64,000 bases of DNA from an uncultured Pelagibacteraceae bacterium. Lineage in GTDB: Bacteria; Pseudomonadota; Alphaproteobacteria; Pelagibacterales; Pelagibacteraceae. Numbering within the stretch: position 1 is the stretch's first letter; the number at the start of each line of letters is the position of its first letter. A program made the translations under genes and the position numbers. The stretch covers positions 871 to 64,870 of the forward strand of contig CACORI010000003.1 of the NCBI GenBank assembly GCA_902629585.1. Direction: 5' to 3'. Below the pieces are notes generated by a model, which worked only from the letters and a program-made list of their open reading frames with translations, did no database searches and was not told the origin of the DNA. Positions 51,870 to 62,502 of this stretch are shown here, piece after piece.

Positions 51870-53169
51870 ACTGATAAAAAACTTATTGCCTAAAAGATTA
51901 TTCTATCGAGCTTTATTAATTGTTGCTGTGCCAGTAATAGTTTTACAAATAATAATTACAATAGTTTTTTTTGATAGTCTTTGGATCAAGACTAATAAAG
52001 GAATGACAAGGGCTTTGGTTAATGAGGTAAAAACTTTTATTGAAGCTTATGATAACGATGCGTTTGATCAAAATGAAATTACTAATTTGTTCTCAATATA
52101 TCAAGATTTAAATATCGAATATATTGAGGATGTTAGTTTTAGTTTTGATTTTAATGAAAGATGGTTTAGTCCAATTGACAGGACTTTGAGAAGAGAATTG
52201 AAATCTAGATTTGGATCTGAAGAGTTTTGGTTTAATACAAAAAATTATAAAGAATTAATCGACCTTAGAGTAAAATATAAATCTGGTTATTTCAAATTTT
52301 TAGTCCCAAAAGACAGAGTTTCTAGCTCATCAGCAAGATTGTTTGGATTGTGGATTACAGTGCCAGCAATAATCATGGTCATAATATCTTTAATATTTTT
52401 AAAAAATCAAACAAGGCCTATTACTGCTTTAGCAAGAGCAGCAGAAAGATTTGGAAGGGGCGAAGAGATCGAGGAATTTAAACCGTCTGGTGCTGCTGAA
52501 ATTAGACAAGCTGGATTAGAATTTGATAAAATGAGAAAAAGAATAATGAGGCATTTAAATCAAAGATCAGAAATGTTATCTGGAATAAGCCATGATCTTA
52601 GAACGCCTTTGACTAGAATGAAGCTCCAAACTGCATTTATTAAAGAAAAAGAAATATCCAATAAATTAACTGAGGACATTAACGAAATGGAAAAAATGCT
52701 CAATGAATACCTTCAATTCACAAGCTCATCTTATGTAGAAAAAGATGAGCTATTTGATTTAAGCCAACTTATTAATGAGATTATAGAAAAATACGATAAT
52801 AACGATATATCAAAAAACCTGTCTCCAAGAATATATTTTAATGGAAGAAAAAATTTAATTAAAAGATGTATAAATAATTTAATTGATAATTCTATTAAAT
52901 ATGCAGATAAAGTTGAAGTTGAATTATCCAAAAAAAATACAAATTTATTTATAAAAATTGAGGATAATGGACCGGGTATTCCTGAAAAAGAATATGAAAA
53001 CGTATTTAAACCATTTTATAAAATTGACAAAAGTAGAGCAGATTCTAAGTCAAGTGTAGGGCTTGGCCTCTCAATAACGTCAGATATAATACGATCTCAT
53101 GGTGGTAATATTAAGTTAGAAAAGTCATCTCTAAAAGGATTATGCGTTAAGATTTTTTTACCCGTTTAG
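51850..53169 (+). CDS. EnvZ-like sensor histidine kinase
   Basis: Two TM segments, HAMP domain, SHDLRTPLTR, NL..N, DNGPG and GLGL. Confidence 0.95.
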   Translation: MFYGLNKLIKNLLPKRLFYRALLIVAVPVIVLQIIITIVFFDSLWIKTNKGMTRALVNEVKTFIEAYDNDAFDQNEITNLFSIYQDLNIEYIEDVSFSFDFNERWFSPIDRTLRRELKSRFGSEEFWFNTKNYKELIDLRVKYKSGYFKFLVPKDRVSSSSARLFGLWITVPAIIMVIISLIFLKNQTRPITALARAAERFGRGEEIEEFKPSGAAEIRQAGLEFDKMRKRIMRHLNQRSEMLSGISHDLRTPLTRMKLQTAFIKEKEISNKLTEDINEMEKMLNEYLQFTSSSYVEKDELFDLSQLINEIIEKYDNNDISKNLSPRIYFNGRKNLIKRCINNLIDNSIKYADKVEVELSKKNTNLFIKIEDNGPGIPEKEYENVFKPFYKIDKSRADSKSSVGLGLSITSDIIRSHGGNIKLEKSSLKGLCVKIFLPV

Positions 53170-53398
53170 TCTTCTTCTTTTTAGAAAATTGAGAATTCTT
53201 AAGTTGTTTCTCTAGATTTTCAACCCTTTTTGATAAAACCTCAAATTCATCTTTGCTGGTTAGCCTCATTTTGAATACAATTTCATCTCTTTTTGATTTT
53301 AATATGGAAATTAATTCATTTGTGAGATCTTTTGAAGTAATTAAACCCTGTTCAAACAATTTAGTAAATTTATCAAATATAAATTTAGAATTTTTCAT
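53147..53398 (-). CDS. UbiK/BMFP-family small coiled-coil protein
   Basis: L.SKDEFEVL..R...LE resembles the LV.REEF motif; divergent from lgt as in other alphaproteobacteria. Confidence 0.7.
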   Translation of the reverse strand: MKNSKFIFDKFTKLFEQGLITSKDLTNELISILKSKRDEIVFKMRLTSKDEFEVLSKRVENLEKQLKNSQFSKKKKTKRVKKS

Positions 53399-53448
53399 AT
53401 ATTTATTTTTTTTAATACTATATTTATATCTTATAATTATTATTTATA

Positions 53449-54231
53449 ATGTTCATCAATAATTTTGACCCAGTTGCTATTCAAATTTTTTCTTTAGAGA
53501 TACGTTGGTATTCTCTCTCATATATTGCTGGAATTTTATTAGGATGGTTGTTAGCGAAAAATTTATTCCTAAAAGATAAGAAAATAAAGGATCAATTTGA
53601 TGATTATTTAACTTATTTGATTATTGGTATCATCTTAGGTGGAAGAATTGGTTATGTCTTATTTTATAATCTTAAATATTATATTGTAAATATCAGTGAA
53701 ATTTTTTTTATTTGGCAAGGTGGTATGTCTTTTCATGGAGGAGTTATTGGTATTATAATTGCAAGTTATTTATTTGCAGAAAAATATAAAACGAACATCT
53801 TTAAATATTTAGATGTTGTTGCACTAGTTGCACCAATTGGTATTTTTTTTGGAAGGGTCGCTAATTTTATTAATTCTGAACTTTATGGACATGAAACTTC
53901 AATGGCATGGGCAGTACAATTTGTTCAAGTTGATAACTTGTATAGACATCCATCCCAACTTTACGAAGCGTTTACGGAAGGATTATTGCTATTTTGTATT
54001 TTATTATATTTTTGGAATAAAAAATATTTAGAAAAAACTGGTAAAATGTCAGCCTTATTTTTAATTTTTTATTCTCTATTTAGATTTTTAGTGGAATTTT
54101 TTAGAATTCCTGATGAAAATTTGGGTTACCTAATTTTTAATTTATCTATGGGTCAAATCATTAGCACAATTTTTTTCATTTCTGGTATAATTATATTTTC
54201 TATAAAAAATGAGCCAAAAAATAGATCGTAA
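53449..54231 (+). CDS. lgt: Prolipoprotein diacylglyceryl transferase
   Basis: RWY, GGR.GY, GGMSFHGG, GR.ANFIN.EL.G, HPSQLYE and EFFR.PD. Confidence 0.97.
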   Translation: MFINNFDPVAIQIFSLEIRWYSLSYIAGILLGWLLAKNLFLKDKKIKDQFDDYLTYLIIGIILGGRIGYVLFYNLKYYIVNISEIFFIWQGGMSFHGGVIGIIIASYLFAEKYKTNIFKYLDVVALVAPIGIFFGRVANFINSELYGHETSMAWAVQFVQVDNLYRHPSQLYEAFTEGLLLFCILLYFWNKKYLEKTGKMSALFLIFYSLFRFLVEFFRIPDENLGYLIFNLSMGQIISTIFFISGIIIFSIKNEPKNRS

Positions 54232-55255
54232 ATTATCTTTAGATAAATTTATTAATTATGCTCTATATGAAAAAAATTTTGGCTATTATATGAAAAAAAA
54301 TCCTTTTGGAAACACTGGTGATTTTACTACAGCACCAAATATTTCAAGAATGTTCTCTGAAATGATTGCGATATGGACTTTAAATTATTGGCAAAATCTT
54401 GGTAGTCCAAGAAAATTTAATTTAATTGAACTTGGTGCAGGAAATGGGGAAATGATGAAAATAATGATTGAGAGTTTTAAAAGGTTTCCTATTTTTTTTA
54501 ATTCATGCAATTTTTATATTCATGAAATAAGCGCTAAATTAATTAAAGAGCAAAAGAAAAAACTCAAAGAAAAAAATATAAAATGGATTAAAAATTTTTA
54601 CAATTTTAAAAATGTGCCGTGTTTATTTATTGCAAATGAATTTTTTGATGCGATACCTATAAAACAATTTATAAAAAAAAATCATATTTGGTTTGAAAAA
54701 CATGTAATTCTAAAAAAAAATAATCAAGCATTTTACTCTGAAAAAAAAACAAAAATTGAAGATATAGAAAAAAAATTAAACATAAACATAACAAATAAAC
54801 AAACCTTTTTTGAATACTCACCATTGGGGATAAAATATCTAAGAGCTATTATTAAAATAATAAAAAAAAATAATGGTGGCTTATTAATAATTGATTATGG
54901 TTATGATGATGAGATAACAAAAAATACCTTGCAAGCCATATATAATAAAAAATACTCAGATGTTTTGAAAAATATTGGTAATTCAGATATAACTCATAGT
55001 ATTAATTACAATTTATTTAGAAAAATTACTGAAAACTTTAAAAAAATTTCTATAAATTTTACTACTCAAAAAAAATTTTTAATAAAAATAGGTATTAAAC
55101 AAAGAGCAGAAATTCTTAGTAAAAATAAACCTTTTAAACAAAAAGCGGATATATACTATCGTCTTCAAAGACTTATTGACGACAAACAAATGGGGAGTTT
55201 ATTTAAGGTGATGTTAATTAAAAAAAACAATAACAATTTTAATTTAGGATTTTGA
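54209..55255 (+). CDS. MidA/NDUFAF7-family SAM-dependent methyltransferase
   Basis: GYY, GDF.TAP.IS..F.E, ELGAG.G, ANEFFDA.P, IDYG and MG.LFKV. Confidence 0.92.
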   Translation: MSQKIDRKLSLDKFINYALYEKNFGYYMKKNPFGNTGDFTTAPNISRMFSEMIAIWTLNYWQNLGSPRKFNLIELGAGNGEMMKIMIESFKRFPIFFNSCNFYIHEISAKLIKEQKKKLKEKNIKWIKNFYNFKNVPCLFIANEFFDAIPIKQFIKKNHIWFEKHVILKKNNQAFYSEKKTKIEDIEKKLNINITNKQTFFEYSPLGIKYLRAIIKIIKKNNGGLLIIDYGYDDEITKNTLQAIYNKKYSDVLKNIGNSDITHSINYNLFRKITENFKKISINFTTQKKFLIKIGIKQRAEILSKNKPFKQKADIYYRLQRLIDDKQMGSLFKVMLIKKNNNNFNLGF

Positions 55256-56019
55256 TTTTGTTAAAATCAGAGAAACTCTCAAAATTTAAAAAGATTAATC
55301 ATGGCTTTTTTAACAGAGATGGTGGATTTTCCAAAGGTATTTATAAAAGTCTAAATTGCGGAATTGGTTCCAACGACAAAAAAAAACATGTAATTAAAAA
55401 CCTAAGGGTTGTTAAAAATAAAATTAGTAAAAAATCTAAACAAATTTTTTTAGTCAAACAAACTCATAGTAATAAATTTATTTTTATTAATAAAAAATCA
55501 AAGATTAGGAATAAGACAAAAAAAGCAGATGCTATCATAACTGATATGACTAATTTTCCAATTGCAATACTCACTGCTGATTGTGTGCCTATTTTGATAT
55601 ACGATGAAAAAAAAAATATTATTGCTGCAATCCATGCTGGATGGAAAGGTGCTTATAAGGGTATAATTAAGAATGTTTTAAACTTTATGTATAAGAAAGG
55701 ATGTAATTCAAAAAATATTACAGTTGCTATTGGACCCTGTATATCACAAAATAACTATGAGGTTAAAAATGATTTTAGAAAAAAATTTATTTCAATAGAT
55801 AAAAAAAATAAGATTTTTTTTAAAAACAGAAATCAAAGAATATATTTCAATTTACCAGATTATGTTAAAAGTCAGCTTAAAATACATGAAATAAAGAAAA
55901 TCGACTTTCTAAAAAAAGATACTTTTTTGAAAAAAAATAATTATTTTAGTGCAAGACAATCAATAAAGCTTAAACATAATGATTATGGTAGAAATATTTC
56001 AATAATTGTGATTAATTAA
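55252..56019 (+). CDS. pgeF: YfiH/PgeF-family protein (purine nucleoside phosphorylase / peptidoglycan editing factor)
   Basis: HGFF.R.GG.S, Q.HS, TADC.P, HAGW.G, GP.I and FS.R. Confidence 0.92.
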   Translation: MILLKSEKLSKFKKINHGFFNRDGGFSKGIYKSLNCGIGSNDKKKHVIKNLRVVKNKISKKSKQIFLVKQTHSNKFIFINKKSKIRNKTKKADAIITDMTNFPIAILTADCVPILIYDEKKNIIAAIHAGWKGAYKGIIKNVLNFMYKKGCNSKNITVAIGPCISQNNYEVKNDFRKKFISIDKKNKIFFKNRNQRIYFNLPDYVKSQLKIHEIKKIDFLKKDTFLKKNNYFSARQSIKLKHNDYGRNISIIVIN

Positions 56020-56027
56020 ATTCTTTT

Positions 56028-56960
56028 ATGAAATTATTAACAGGAAATAGTAATAAAATACTTAGTAAAAAAATTTCAAAATATTTAAAAACTAAGCTAG
56101 TTAACTCTAGTATAAAAAAATTTTCTGACGGTGAAATTTATACCGAGATTAATGAAAATATTCGTGGAAACAGTATTTTTATAATACAGTCGGTATCTTC
56201 TCCAGCAAATGATAATTTGATGGAGCTGTTGCTATGTATTGATGCATTAAAAAGATCATCAGCAAAAAATATAACTGCAGTGATGCCATATTTTGGTTAT
56301 GCAAGACAAGATAGAAAGGTTGTACCAAGAACATCAATTTCAGCAAAACTTGTATCAAATCTAATTACAAAAGCTGGTGCTGATAGAGTTGTAACAGTAG
56401 ATTTGCATGCAGGACAAATTCAGGGTTTTTTTGATATACCTGTAGATAATCTCTTTGCAACTCCTATTTTTGCGAGACACGTAAAAAAGAAAATTAAAAG
56501 TAAAAATATTGTATGTGTTGCACCTGATGTTGGTGGAACAGAGCGAGCTCGAGCACTGGGAAAATTATTAAATGTTGGTCTAGCTATTGTTGATAAAAGA
56601 AGACCAAAACCTGGCCAGTCGCAAGTGATGAATATAATAGGAAATGTTAAAAATAAGACATGCGTTATAGTAGATGACATTATAGACTCGGGTGGCACTA
56701 TTGTTAATGCTGCAAAAGCACTAAGAGACAGAGGAGCTAAGGAGGTTTATGTTTATATTACTCATGGAGTATTGAGTGGGGATGCAGTAAAAAAAATTAA
56801 AAAATCATTAATCAAGAATTTAGTAATTACTGACACTATTGATAATAGTGAAAAAATAAAAAATGCTAAAAATATTGAGGTTTTATCAATATCAGGCTTA
56901 ATGGGTGAAGCAATTAAAAGAATTTCTAACTCAACTTCTGTATCAGATTTGTTTAAATAA
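56028..56960 (+). CDS. prs: Ribose-phosphate pyrophosphokinase
   Basis: [30 protein letters not shown] and [10 protein letters not shown]. Confidence 0.98.
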   Translation: MKLLTGNSNKILSKKISKYLKTKLVNSSIKKFSDGEIYTEINENIRGNSIFIIQSVSSPANDNLMELLLCIDALKRSSAKNITAVMPYFGYARQDRKVVPRTSISAKLVSNLITKAGADRVVTVDLHAGQIQGFFDIPVDNLFATPIFARHVKKKIKSKNIVCVAPDVGGTERARALGKLLNVGLAIVDKRRPKPGQSQVMNIIGNVKNKTCVIVDDIIDSGGTIVNAAKALRDRGAKEVYVYITHGVLSGDAVKKIKKSLIKNLVITDTIDNSEKIKNAKNIEVLSISGLMGEAIKRISNSTSVSDLFK

Positions 56961-56965
56961 TTACC

Positions 56966-56994
56966 TTGAGTTATTAAAAAACATGGGCTAAAAG
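56966..56994 (+). promoter_or_regulatory. Probable promoter of rplY-pth-ychF, giving a very short leader
   Basis: TTGAGT (56966-56971)-N17-TAAAAG (56989-56994), preceded by GC as in alphaproteobacterial GCTA -10 elements. The ATG is only 11 nt downstream and no SD sequence is present. Confidence 0.5.
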
Positions 56995-57005
56995 CCTAAG
57001 TTTTT

Positions 57006-57734
57006 ATGAATTCTTTAGAAGCAAACATCAGAGATAATAAAACTAAAGGCGACTTAAATGCCATTAGAAACAATGATCAAGTTCCAGCTATTATTTACGG
57101 TGGCAAAGAACAGAATGAAAAAATATCTATTTCAAAAAAAATTCTAAAAATATCGATCGAAAAAGAAAATTTTTTATCAAGCATTATTTCTTTAAATGTA
57201 AATGGGAAAAATCAAAACGTTTTGCCAAGAGAAATAGTTTACGATGTATTATCAGATGAACCAATTCATGTTGATTTTTTAAGAATTGTTCCAGGTGTTA
57301 AAATTAGAATAGAAATACCTGTTGAATTTATAAATCATGAGGGATCACCTGGATTAAAACGAGGTGGAGTACTAAATATTGTAAGAAGAAAAGTTGAGCT
57401 TAAGTGTCCAAGTGAAAAAATTCCTGAAAAAATTACTATTGATTTAAATGGAGTGGATATTGGAGAAAGCTTTAAAATTTCATCTGTTAAACTTGATCCT
57501 GATGTAGTACCTACAATTCAAGGAAGAGATTTTGTAATTGCTACATTAGCTGCACCAACTGTCATGAAAGAACCTGAAAAACCAGCTGAAGCTGAAGGCG
57601 CAGAGGGTGAAGAAGGAGCTGAGGGAGCTGAGGCATCAGCAGCGGACGCAGAAAAACCAACAGCTGAGGATGACAAAAAAGAGGGTGATAATAAAAAAAC
57701 AACAGATAAAAAACCTGCTGAAGAAAAAAAATAA
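57006..57734 (+). CDS. rplY: 50S ribosomal protein L25/Ctc
   Basis: VPAIIYG, HVDF, G.K.GG.L, P..IP..I..D and an acidic low-complexity tail. Confidence 0.96.
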   Translation: MNSLEANIRDNKTKGDLNAIRNNDQVPAIIYGGKEQNEKISISKKILKISIEKENFLSSIISLNVNGKNQNVLPREIVYDVLSDEPIHVDFLRIVPGVKIRIEIPVEFINHEGSPGLKRGGVLNIVRRKVELKCPSEKIPEKITIDLNGVDIGESFKISSVKLDPDVVPTIQGRDFVIATLAAPTVMKEPEKPAEAEGAEGEEGAEGAEASAADAEKPTAEDDKKEGDNKKTTDKKPAEEKK

Positions 57735-57771
57735 AATATTAAATTGAAATTAAAAATCCAACAAAAATAAT

Positions 57772-58335
57772 ATGCTTTTATTTGTAGGTCTTGGAAATCC
57801 AACACCAGATAGTGAGAATAATCGTCATAATATAGGTTTCAAAATTATTGATGCAATAAATAAAAAATTTAGTCTGTCAAAACAAAAACCAAAATTTAAA
57901 GGTTTATTAACCACTGGTTTAATTGAGGACGAAAAAGTTTATGCTATTAAGCCTTTAACTTTCATGAATAACTCAGGAATTTGTATCAGAGAATTATTAG
58001 AATATTTCAAAATTGATGCTGAAGATGTAATTGTTTTTCACGATGATTTAGATATTGAGTTTGGAAAAGTTAAAGCAAAATTTAGTGGATCAGATGCAGG
58101 CCATAATGGAATAGCATCTATTGATAAATTTATTGGCAAAGATTATTCTAGAGTAAGAATAGGTATAGGCAAACCAAAAAATAAAATGGATATTAGTGAC
58201 TATGTTTTACAAAATTTTGATGAAGATGAAATAAACAGTATGGAAAAAATCTCTGAGAATATTACTGACTCATTATCAATTTTGATAAAAAAGAAATTAG
58301 ATTTATTTTCAAGTACTGTAAATAACAAAAAATGA
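57772..58335 (+). CDS. pth: Peptidyl-tRNA hydrolase
   Basis: GLGNP, RHNIGF, KP.TFMN.SG, HDDLD, GHNG and R.RIGIG. Confidence 0.97.
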   Translation: MLLFVGLGNPTPDSENNRHNIGFKIIDAINKKFSLSKQKPKFKGLLTTGLIEDEKVYAIKPLTFMNNSGICIRELLEYFKIDAEDVIVFHDDLDIEFGKVKAKFSGSDAGHNGIASIDKFIGKDYSRVRIGIGKPKNKMDISDYVLQNFDEDEINSMEKISENITDSLSILIKKKLDLFSSTVNNKK

Positions 58336-59405
58336 GTTTCAAATGTGGGATAGTAGGTCTGCCAAATGTTGGTAAGTCAACCCTTTTCAATGCCTTAACA
58401 AATTCTAATAAAGCTCAAGCGGCCAATTTTCCTTTTTGCACAATAGACCCTAATGTTGGTATAGTATTAGTGCCTGATGAACGATTAAATAAATTAGCAA
58501 GCATATCAAATTCAAAAAAAATAATAAATACTACAATATCATTTGTTGACATTGCTGGTTTAGTTAAAGGCGCATCTAAAGGTGAAGGTTTGGGCAATAA
58601 ATTTTTATCTCACATAAGAGAGGTTGACTCTATAATTCATTTGATTAGGTGTTTCGATTCAGATGATATTCAAAACGTGAATTCAACAGTAGATCCTATT
58701 CGTGACTTAGAAATAATTGAGACTGAAATGATGCTAGCAGATCTTGATTCTATAGAGAAAAGATTAGAAAAAAATAATAAAAAAAATATTGAAGATGAAA
58801 TATTAACGATATTAGAAATAGCACATGATTGCATAGATAATGATAAAAATATTGAAATTTTAAAAGATCAGTTTGATAAAAAAAAATTAAACCAAAGTGG
58901 TTTGTTGAGTGTAAAACCAAAAATTTTTGTATGCAATGTTGATGAACAAAGTATTAAAAATGGAAATAATTACACTGAGATTTTTATATCAAAATTTGGT
59001 GAAGAAAATTCATTGATAATTTCAGCTGATATAGAAAATCAAATTAATGAGCTAGAAAATGAAGAAAAAAAAAATTATATGGAAATGATTGGTTTAAAAA
59101 AAACAGGATTAGATAAGTTGATTCAAAAGGGATATAAGGTTCTTGAATTAGATACTTACTTTACATCTGGGCCTGAGGAAACTAGAGCTTGGACAATTGA
59201 GAAAAATTGTACTGCTCCTAAAGCAGCAGGAGAGATACATACCGACTTTGAAAAAGGATTTATTCGAGCTGAGACAGTATCCTTTCAAGATTTTATTGAT
59301 AATGATGGTTGGGTAAATTCTAGAACAAATGGTAAAATGAGACTTGAGGGAAAAGACTATATTGTAAAAGATGGAGATGTTTTAAACTTCCGTTTCAATA
59401 CGTGA
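58332..59405 (+). CDS. ychF: Redox-regulated ATPase YchF
   Basis: GIVGLPNVGKST, N.PFCTI.PN, DIAGLV.GAS.GEGLGN.FL and EGK.Y.V.DGD. Confidence 0.98.
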   Translation: MSFKCGIVGLPNVGKSTLFNALTNSNKAQAANFPFCTIDPNVGIVLVPDERLNKLASISNSKKIINTTISFVDIAGLVKGASKGEGLGNKFLSHIREVDSIIHLIRCFDSDDIQNVNSTVDPIRDLEIIETEMMLADLDSIEKRLEKNNKKNIEDEILTILEIAHDCIDNDKNIEILKDQFDKKKLNQSGLLSVKPKIFVCNVDEQSIKNGNNYTEIFISKFGEENSLIISADIENQINELENEEKKNYMEMIGLKKTGLDKLIQKGYKVLELDTYFTSGPEETRAWTIEKNCTAPKAAGEIHTDFEKGFIRAETVSFQDFIDNDGWVNSRTNGKMRLEGKDYIVKDGDVLNFRFNT

Positions 59406-60161
59406 CCATATTTTTTTCATACTGAAATATACTAAAACTGTTAAAATAATTAAATATACTATCGCCTTGAATCCCATTTTATGTCGAGCTTCTAAATGGG
59501 GTTCAGCTGTCCACATTAAAAAAGTTGTTACATCTTTTGACATTTGTTCCACTGTTGCAATAGTCCCATCAGAATATTCAACAATTCCATCAGAAAGTGG
59601 ACTTGCCATTTTAATTTTATTGCCATACATGTATTTATTATAGTAAACGCCTTCATCTAAAGAAATTCCCTCTGGAGGATCATCATAACCTTGAAGCAAA
59701 GAGTAAATATAGTCTACACCTCCTCCTCTGGCCTTAACTAAAACTGACATATCTGGTGGATATGCTCCACCATTTGCGGCCTGTGCAGCCTTTACATTAT
59801 CATAAGGCATTACAAATTTATCTGATAACTTTCCAGGCCTCGTAAACATTTCTCCATCAGCATTCGGCCCATCTTTTACCTCAAAAGATGCTGCTATAAC
59901 CTTAGCTTGAGCCTCAGTAAACTCAGGTCCTCCTTTTTCTGCTAAATTTCTGTAACTTAGATATTTCATAGAATGACAAGATGAACAAACTTCTGTGTAA
60001 ACTTGATAACCTCTCTGTAATGCTCCTCGATCAAATTTTCCAAAAAGTCCCTTAAAGCTCCAATCCGTTTTTAAATAATCAACTTTTTCAGCAGCATTGG
60101 AAATGTTAAACACTCCTAGAACTATAAAAATTATTGTGAATTTTTTGCAAAAAACTTTCAC
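59382..60161 (-). CDS. petC: Cytochrome c1
   Basis: Signal peptide, QRG.QVY.EVC, CSSCH heme motif, PPD.S and a C-terminal TM segment. Confidence 0.97.
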   Translation of the reverse strand: MKVFCKKFTIIFIVLGVFNISNAAEKVDYLKTDWSFKGLFGKFDRGALQRGYQVYTEVCSSCHSMKYLSYRNLAEKGGPEFTEAQAKVIAASFEVKDGPNADGEMFTRPGKLSDKFVMPYDNVKAAQAANGGAYPPDMSVLVKARGGGVDYIYSLLQGYDDPPEGISLDEGVYYNKYMYGNKIKMASPLSDGIVEYSDGTIATVEQMSKDVTTFLMWTAEPHLEARHKMGFKAIVYLIILTVLVYFSMKKIWSRIETEV

Positions 60162-61427
60162 TTATTTAATGACACTCTTTTCTTTATTTTTAGCCGTGGC
60201 AAAATTTGTAGATCCACCAAGAACAGGATCGGTTATACTTAGTGGCAGAGGTATAGTTTTTTCTCTGAAACCTAAAAGTGGTAGAATTACTAGAAAGTGT
60301 AAAAAATAATATGCTGTAGCTACTCTTGCAATTAATAAATATAAACCTTCGGCTGGCATAGCTCCTACATAACCTAAAATTAAAACATCAGCGACAAGTA
60401 TCCAATAAAATTGTCGATATAATGGTCTAAATACTGCTGATCTTATTTTAGATGTATCTAACCATGGAAGAGCTGCTAAAATTAAAATCGCTGATAGCAT
60501 CGCAATCACCCCTAAGAGTTTATCTGGAACAGATCTTAAAATTGCATAAAATGGCAATAGATACCACTCTGGTACTATATGAGCTGGAGTTACCAGTGGG
60601 TCAGCCTCAATATAATTGTCAGCATGACCTAAAATATTTGGTGTATAGAAAACAAAAAAAGCAAATACAATCATAAACATTAGTAAAGCAAAACCATCTT
60701 TTATTACAATGTATGGATGAAAGGGAACTGTGTCTTTGGACGGTTTTTGAATATCAATACCAACTGGATTATTATTTCCTGGGACATGAAGAGCCCAAAT
60801 ATGAAGAACAACTAGTCCTAAAATTAAAAAAGGTATTAAGTAATGAAGTGTAAAAAATCTTGTTAGTGTTGGATTATCAACAGAATAACCACCCCATAAC
60901 CATGTCACTATACCTTCTCCAACTAATGGAATTGCACTAAATAAATTTGTAATTACAGTTGCTCCCCAGAAACTCATCTGCCCCCATGGAAGAACATAGC
61001 CCATAAATGCAGCTGCCATCATTAGAAGGTAAATAATAATTCCAATAATCCATATAATTTCTCTCGGTGATTTATAGGATCCATAAAATAAAGATCTAAA
61101 AATGTGAATATAAACCGCCAGGAAAAACATTGATGCACCATTAGCGTGAATGTATCTTATTAGCCAACCATAATTTACATCTCTCATAATATGCTCCACA
61201 CTTTCAAAAGCCATGTCTGCATGAGCAATATAATGCATTGCTAAAGTTAAACCTGTTACTATCTGTGTAATTAAACAAAAAGTTAATATTCCACCGAAAG
61301 TCCACCAGTAATTTAAATTTTTTGGAGTTGGATAATCTGTCAAATGATTTGCCAAAGTAAGTAATGGCAATCTATCATTAAACCACTTTCCTACTTTTGA
61401 TTGAGGAGTATAATTATGATCACTCAT
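60162..61427 (-). CDS. petB: Cytochrome b
   Basis: [29 protein letters not shown] and PEWY. Confidence 0.99.
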   Translation of the reverse strand: MSDHNYTPQSKVGKWFNDRLPLLTLANHLTDYPTPKNLNYWWTFGGILTFCLITQIVTGLTLAMHYIAHADMAFESVEHIMRDVNYGWLIRYIHANGASMFFLAVYIHIFRSLFYGSYKSPREIIWIIGIIIYLLMMAAAFMGYVLPWGQMSFWGATVITNLFSAIPLVGEGIVTWLWGGYSVDNPTLTRFFTLHYLIPFLILGLVVLHIWALHVPGNNNPVGIDIQKPSKDTVPFHPYIVIKDGFALLMFMIVFAFFVFYTPNILGHADNYIEADPLVTPAHIVPEWYLLPFYAILRSVPDKLLGVIAMLSAILILAALPWLDTSKIRSAVFRPLYRQFYWILVADVLILGYVGAMPAEGLYLLIARVATAYYFLHFLVILPLLGFREKTIPLPLSITDPVLGGSTNFATAKNKEKSVIK

Positions 61428-61432
61428 AAAAT

Positions 61433-61942
61433 TTATCCAATCTTAATTGTATTAGCATTAACAAATTCATATTTAGGTACTTCCATGTTTGTGGGTGCTG
61501 GACCCTTTCTAATTCTTCCTGATATATCATAATGAGAACCATGACATGGACAAAACCATCCATTGTAATCACCTTTTTGATCCAAAGGAACACATCCTAG
61601 ATGTGTACACACTCCAAGCATCACAAGCCATTCAGGATTTTTTGCGCGATCTTCATCTTTTTCTGGATCTTTTAATTCTTCCATCTTGACAGATTTTGCT
61701 TCAGCAATTTCCTCCTGTGTTCTTCTTCTTATAAAAACAGGTTTGCCCCTCCATAGTACCGTGATTGTCTTTCCGGGATTCATAGAACTAACATCTACTT
61801 CTGTGCTAGCTAACGCCTTTACAGAAGCGTCTGGATTCATTTGATCTATCATAGGCCATACAACCGCCCCCACTCCTACAGCTCCAACCGCATAAGTAGC
61901 AGTAAATAGAAAATCTCTTCTTTTAGTTTTTTTTTCCGCCAT
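61433..61942 (-). CDS. petA: Rieske iron-sulfur subunit
   Basis: Tat motif RRDFL; CTHLGC and CPCHGS boxes. Confidence 0.99.
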   Translation of the reverse strand: MAEKKTKRRDFLFTATYAVGAVGVGAVVWPMIDQMNPDASVKALASTEVDVSSMNPGKTITVLWRGKPVFIRRRTQEEIAEAKSVKMEELKDPEKDEDRAKNPEWLVMLGVCTHLGCVPLDQKGDYNGWFCPCHGSHYDISGRIRKGPAPTNMEVPKYEFVNANTIKIG

Positions 61943-61978
61943 CTCTTAGTTCGCTATTCTATATATTGATTTAGGTTG

Positions 61979-62002
61979 TTATTATATGATTACATATAAT
62001 AA
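61979..62002. repeat. Perfect 10-4-10 inverted repeat in the petA/trmL divergent spacer
   Basis: TTATTATATG-ATTA-CATATAATAA. Confidence 0.8.
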
Positions 62003-62028
62003 AAAAGTATTATTTTTCTACTGAAAGA

Positions 62029-62502
62029 ATGACACAGAAACTTAGTAATGATAGCCCAAAAATAGCATTATTTGAACCAGATATACCTCAAAATACTGCT
62101 GCAGTAATCAGGACTTGCGCTTGTTTAGGAGCTAAACTTGAGATTATTGAGCCATGTGGATTTATGCTTAATGATAAGAGGTTGAAAAGAGTTGTTATGG
62201 ATTATATGGATGAAAAAGATATTAAATTTTATCAAAGTGCTAAAATTTTCTTTGAGACAAAGAAAAATGAAAGAATTATATTAATGACAACTAAAGCAAA
62301 AGTGTCTTACAGTAATTTTAAATTTAAAAGGAATGATACAATTTTATTTGGACGAGAAACTGCTGGTGTCCCAATAAATGTTCATGAATTAATCAAAAAC
62401 AGATTAAAAATACCCATGCAAAATAAAAAACGTTCTTTGAATCTTGCGTCTTCTGTTGCTATTATTCTAGCTGAATGTTTAAAACAGACAAAATGGACTT
62501 AA
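62029..62502 (+). CDS. trmL: tRNA (cytidine/uridine-34-2'-O)-methyltransferase
   Basis: PDIPQNT, FG.E..G, IPM and RSLNL SPOUT motifs. Confidence 0.93.
   Translation: MTQKLSNDSPKIALFEPDIPQNTAAVIRTCACLGAKLEIIEPCGFMLNDKRLKRVVMDYMDEKDIKFYQSAKIFFETKKNERIILMTTKAKVSYSNFKFKRNDTILFGRETAGVPINVHELIKNRLKIPMQNKKRSLNLASSVAIILAECLKQTKWT

Noticed and set aside
57580-57725. GCTGAR-type repeats at the end of rplY
   Set aside because: This is low-complexity coding for the acidic Ala/Glu/Gly tail typical of Ctc-type L25, not a repeat element or CRISPR.
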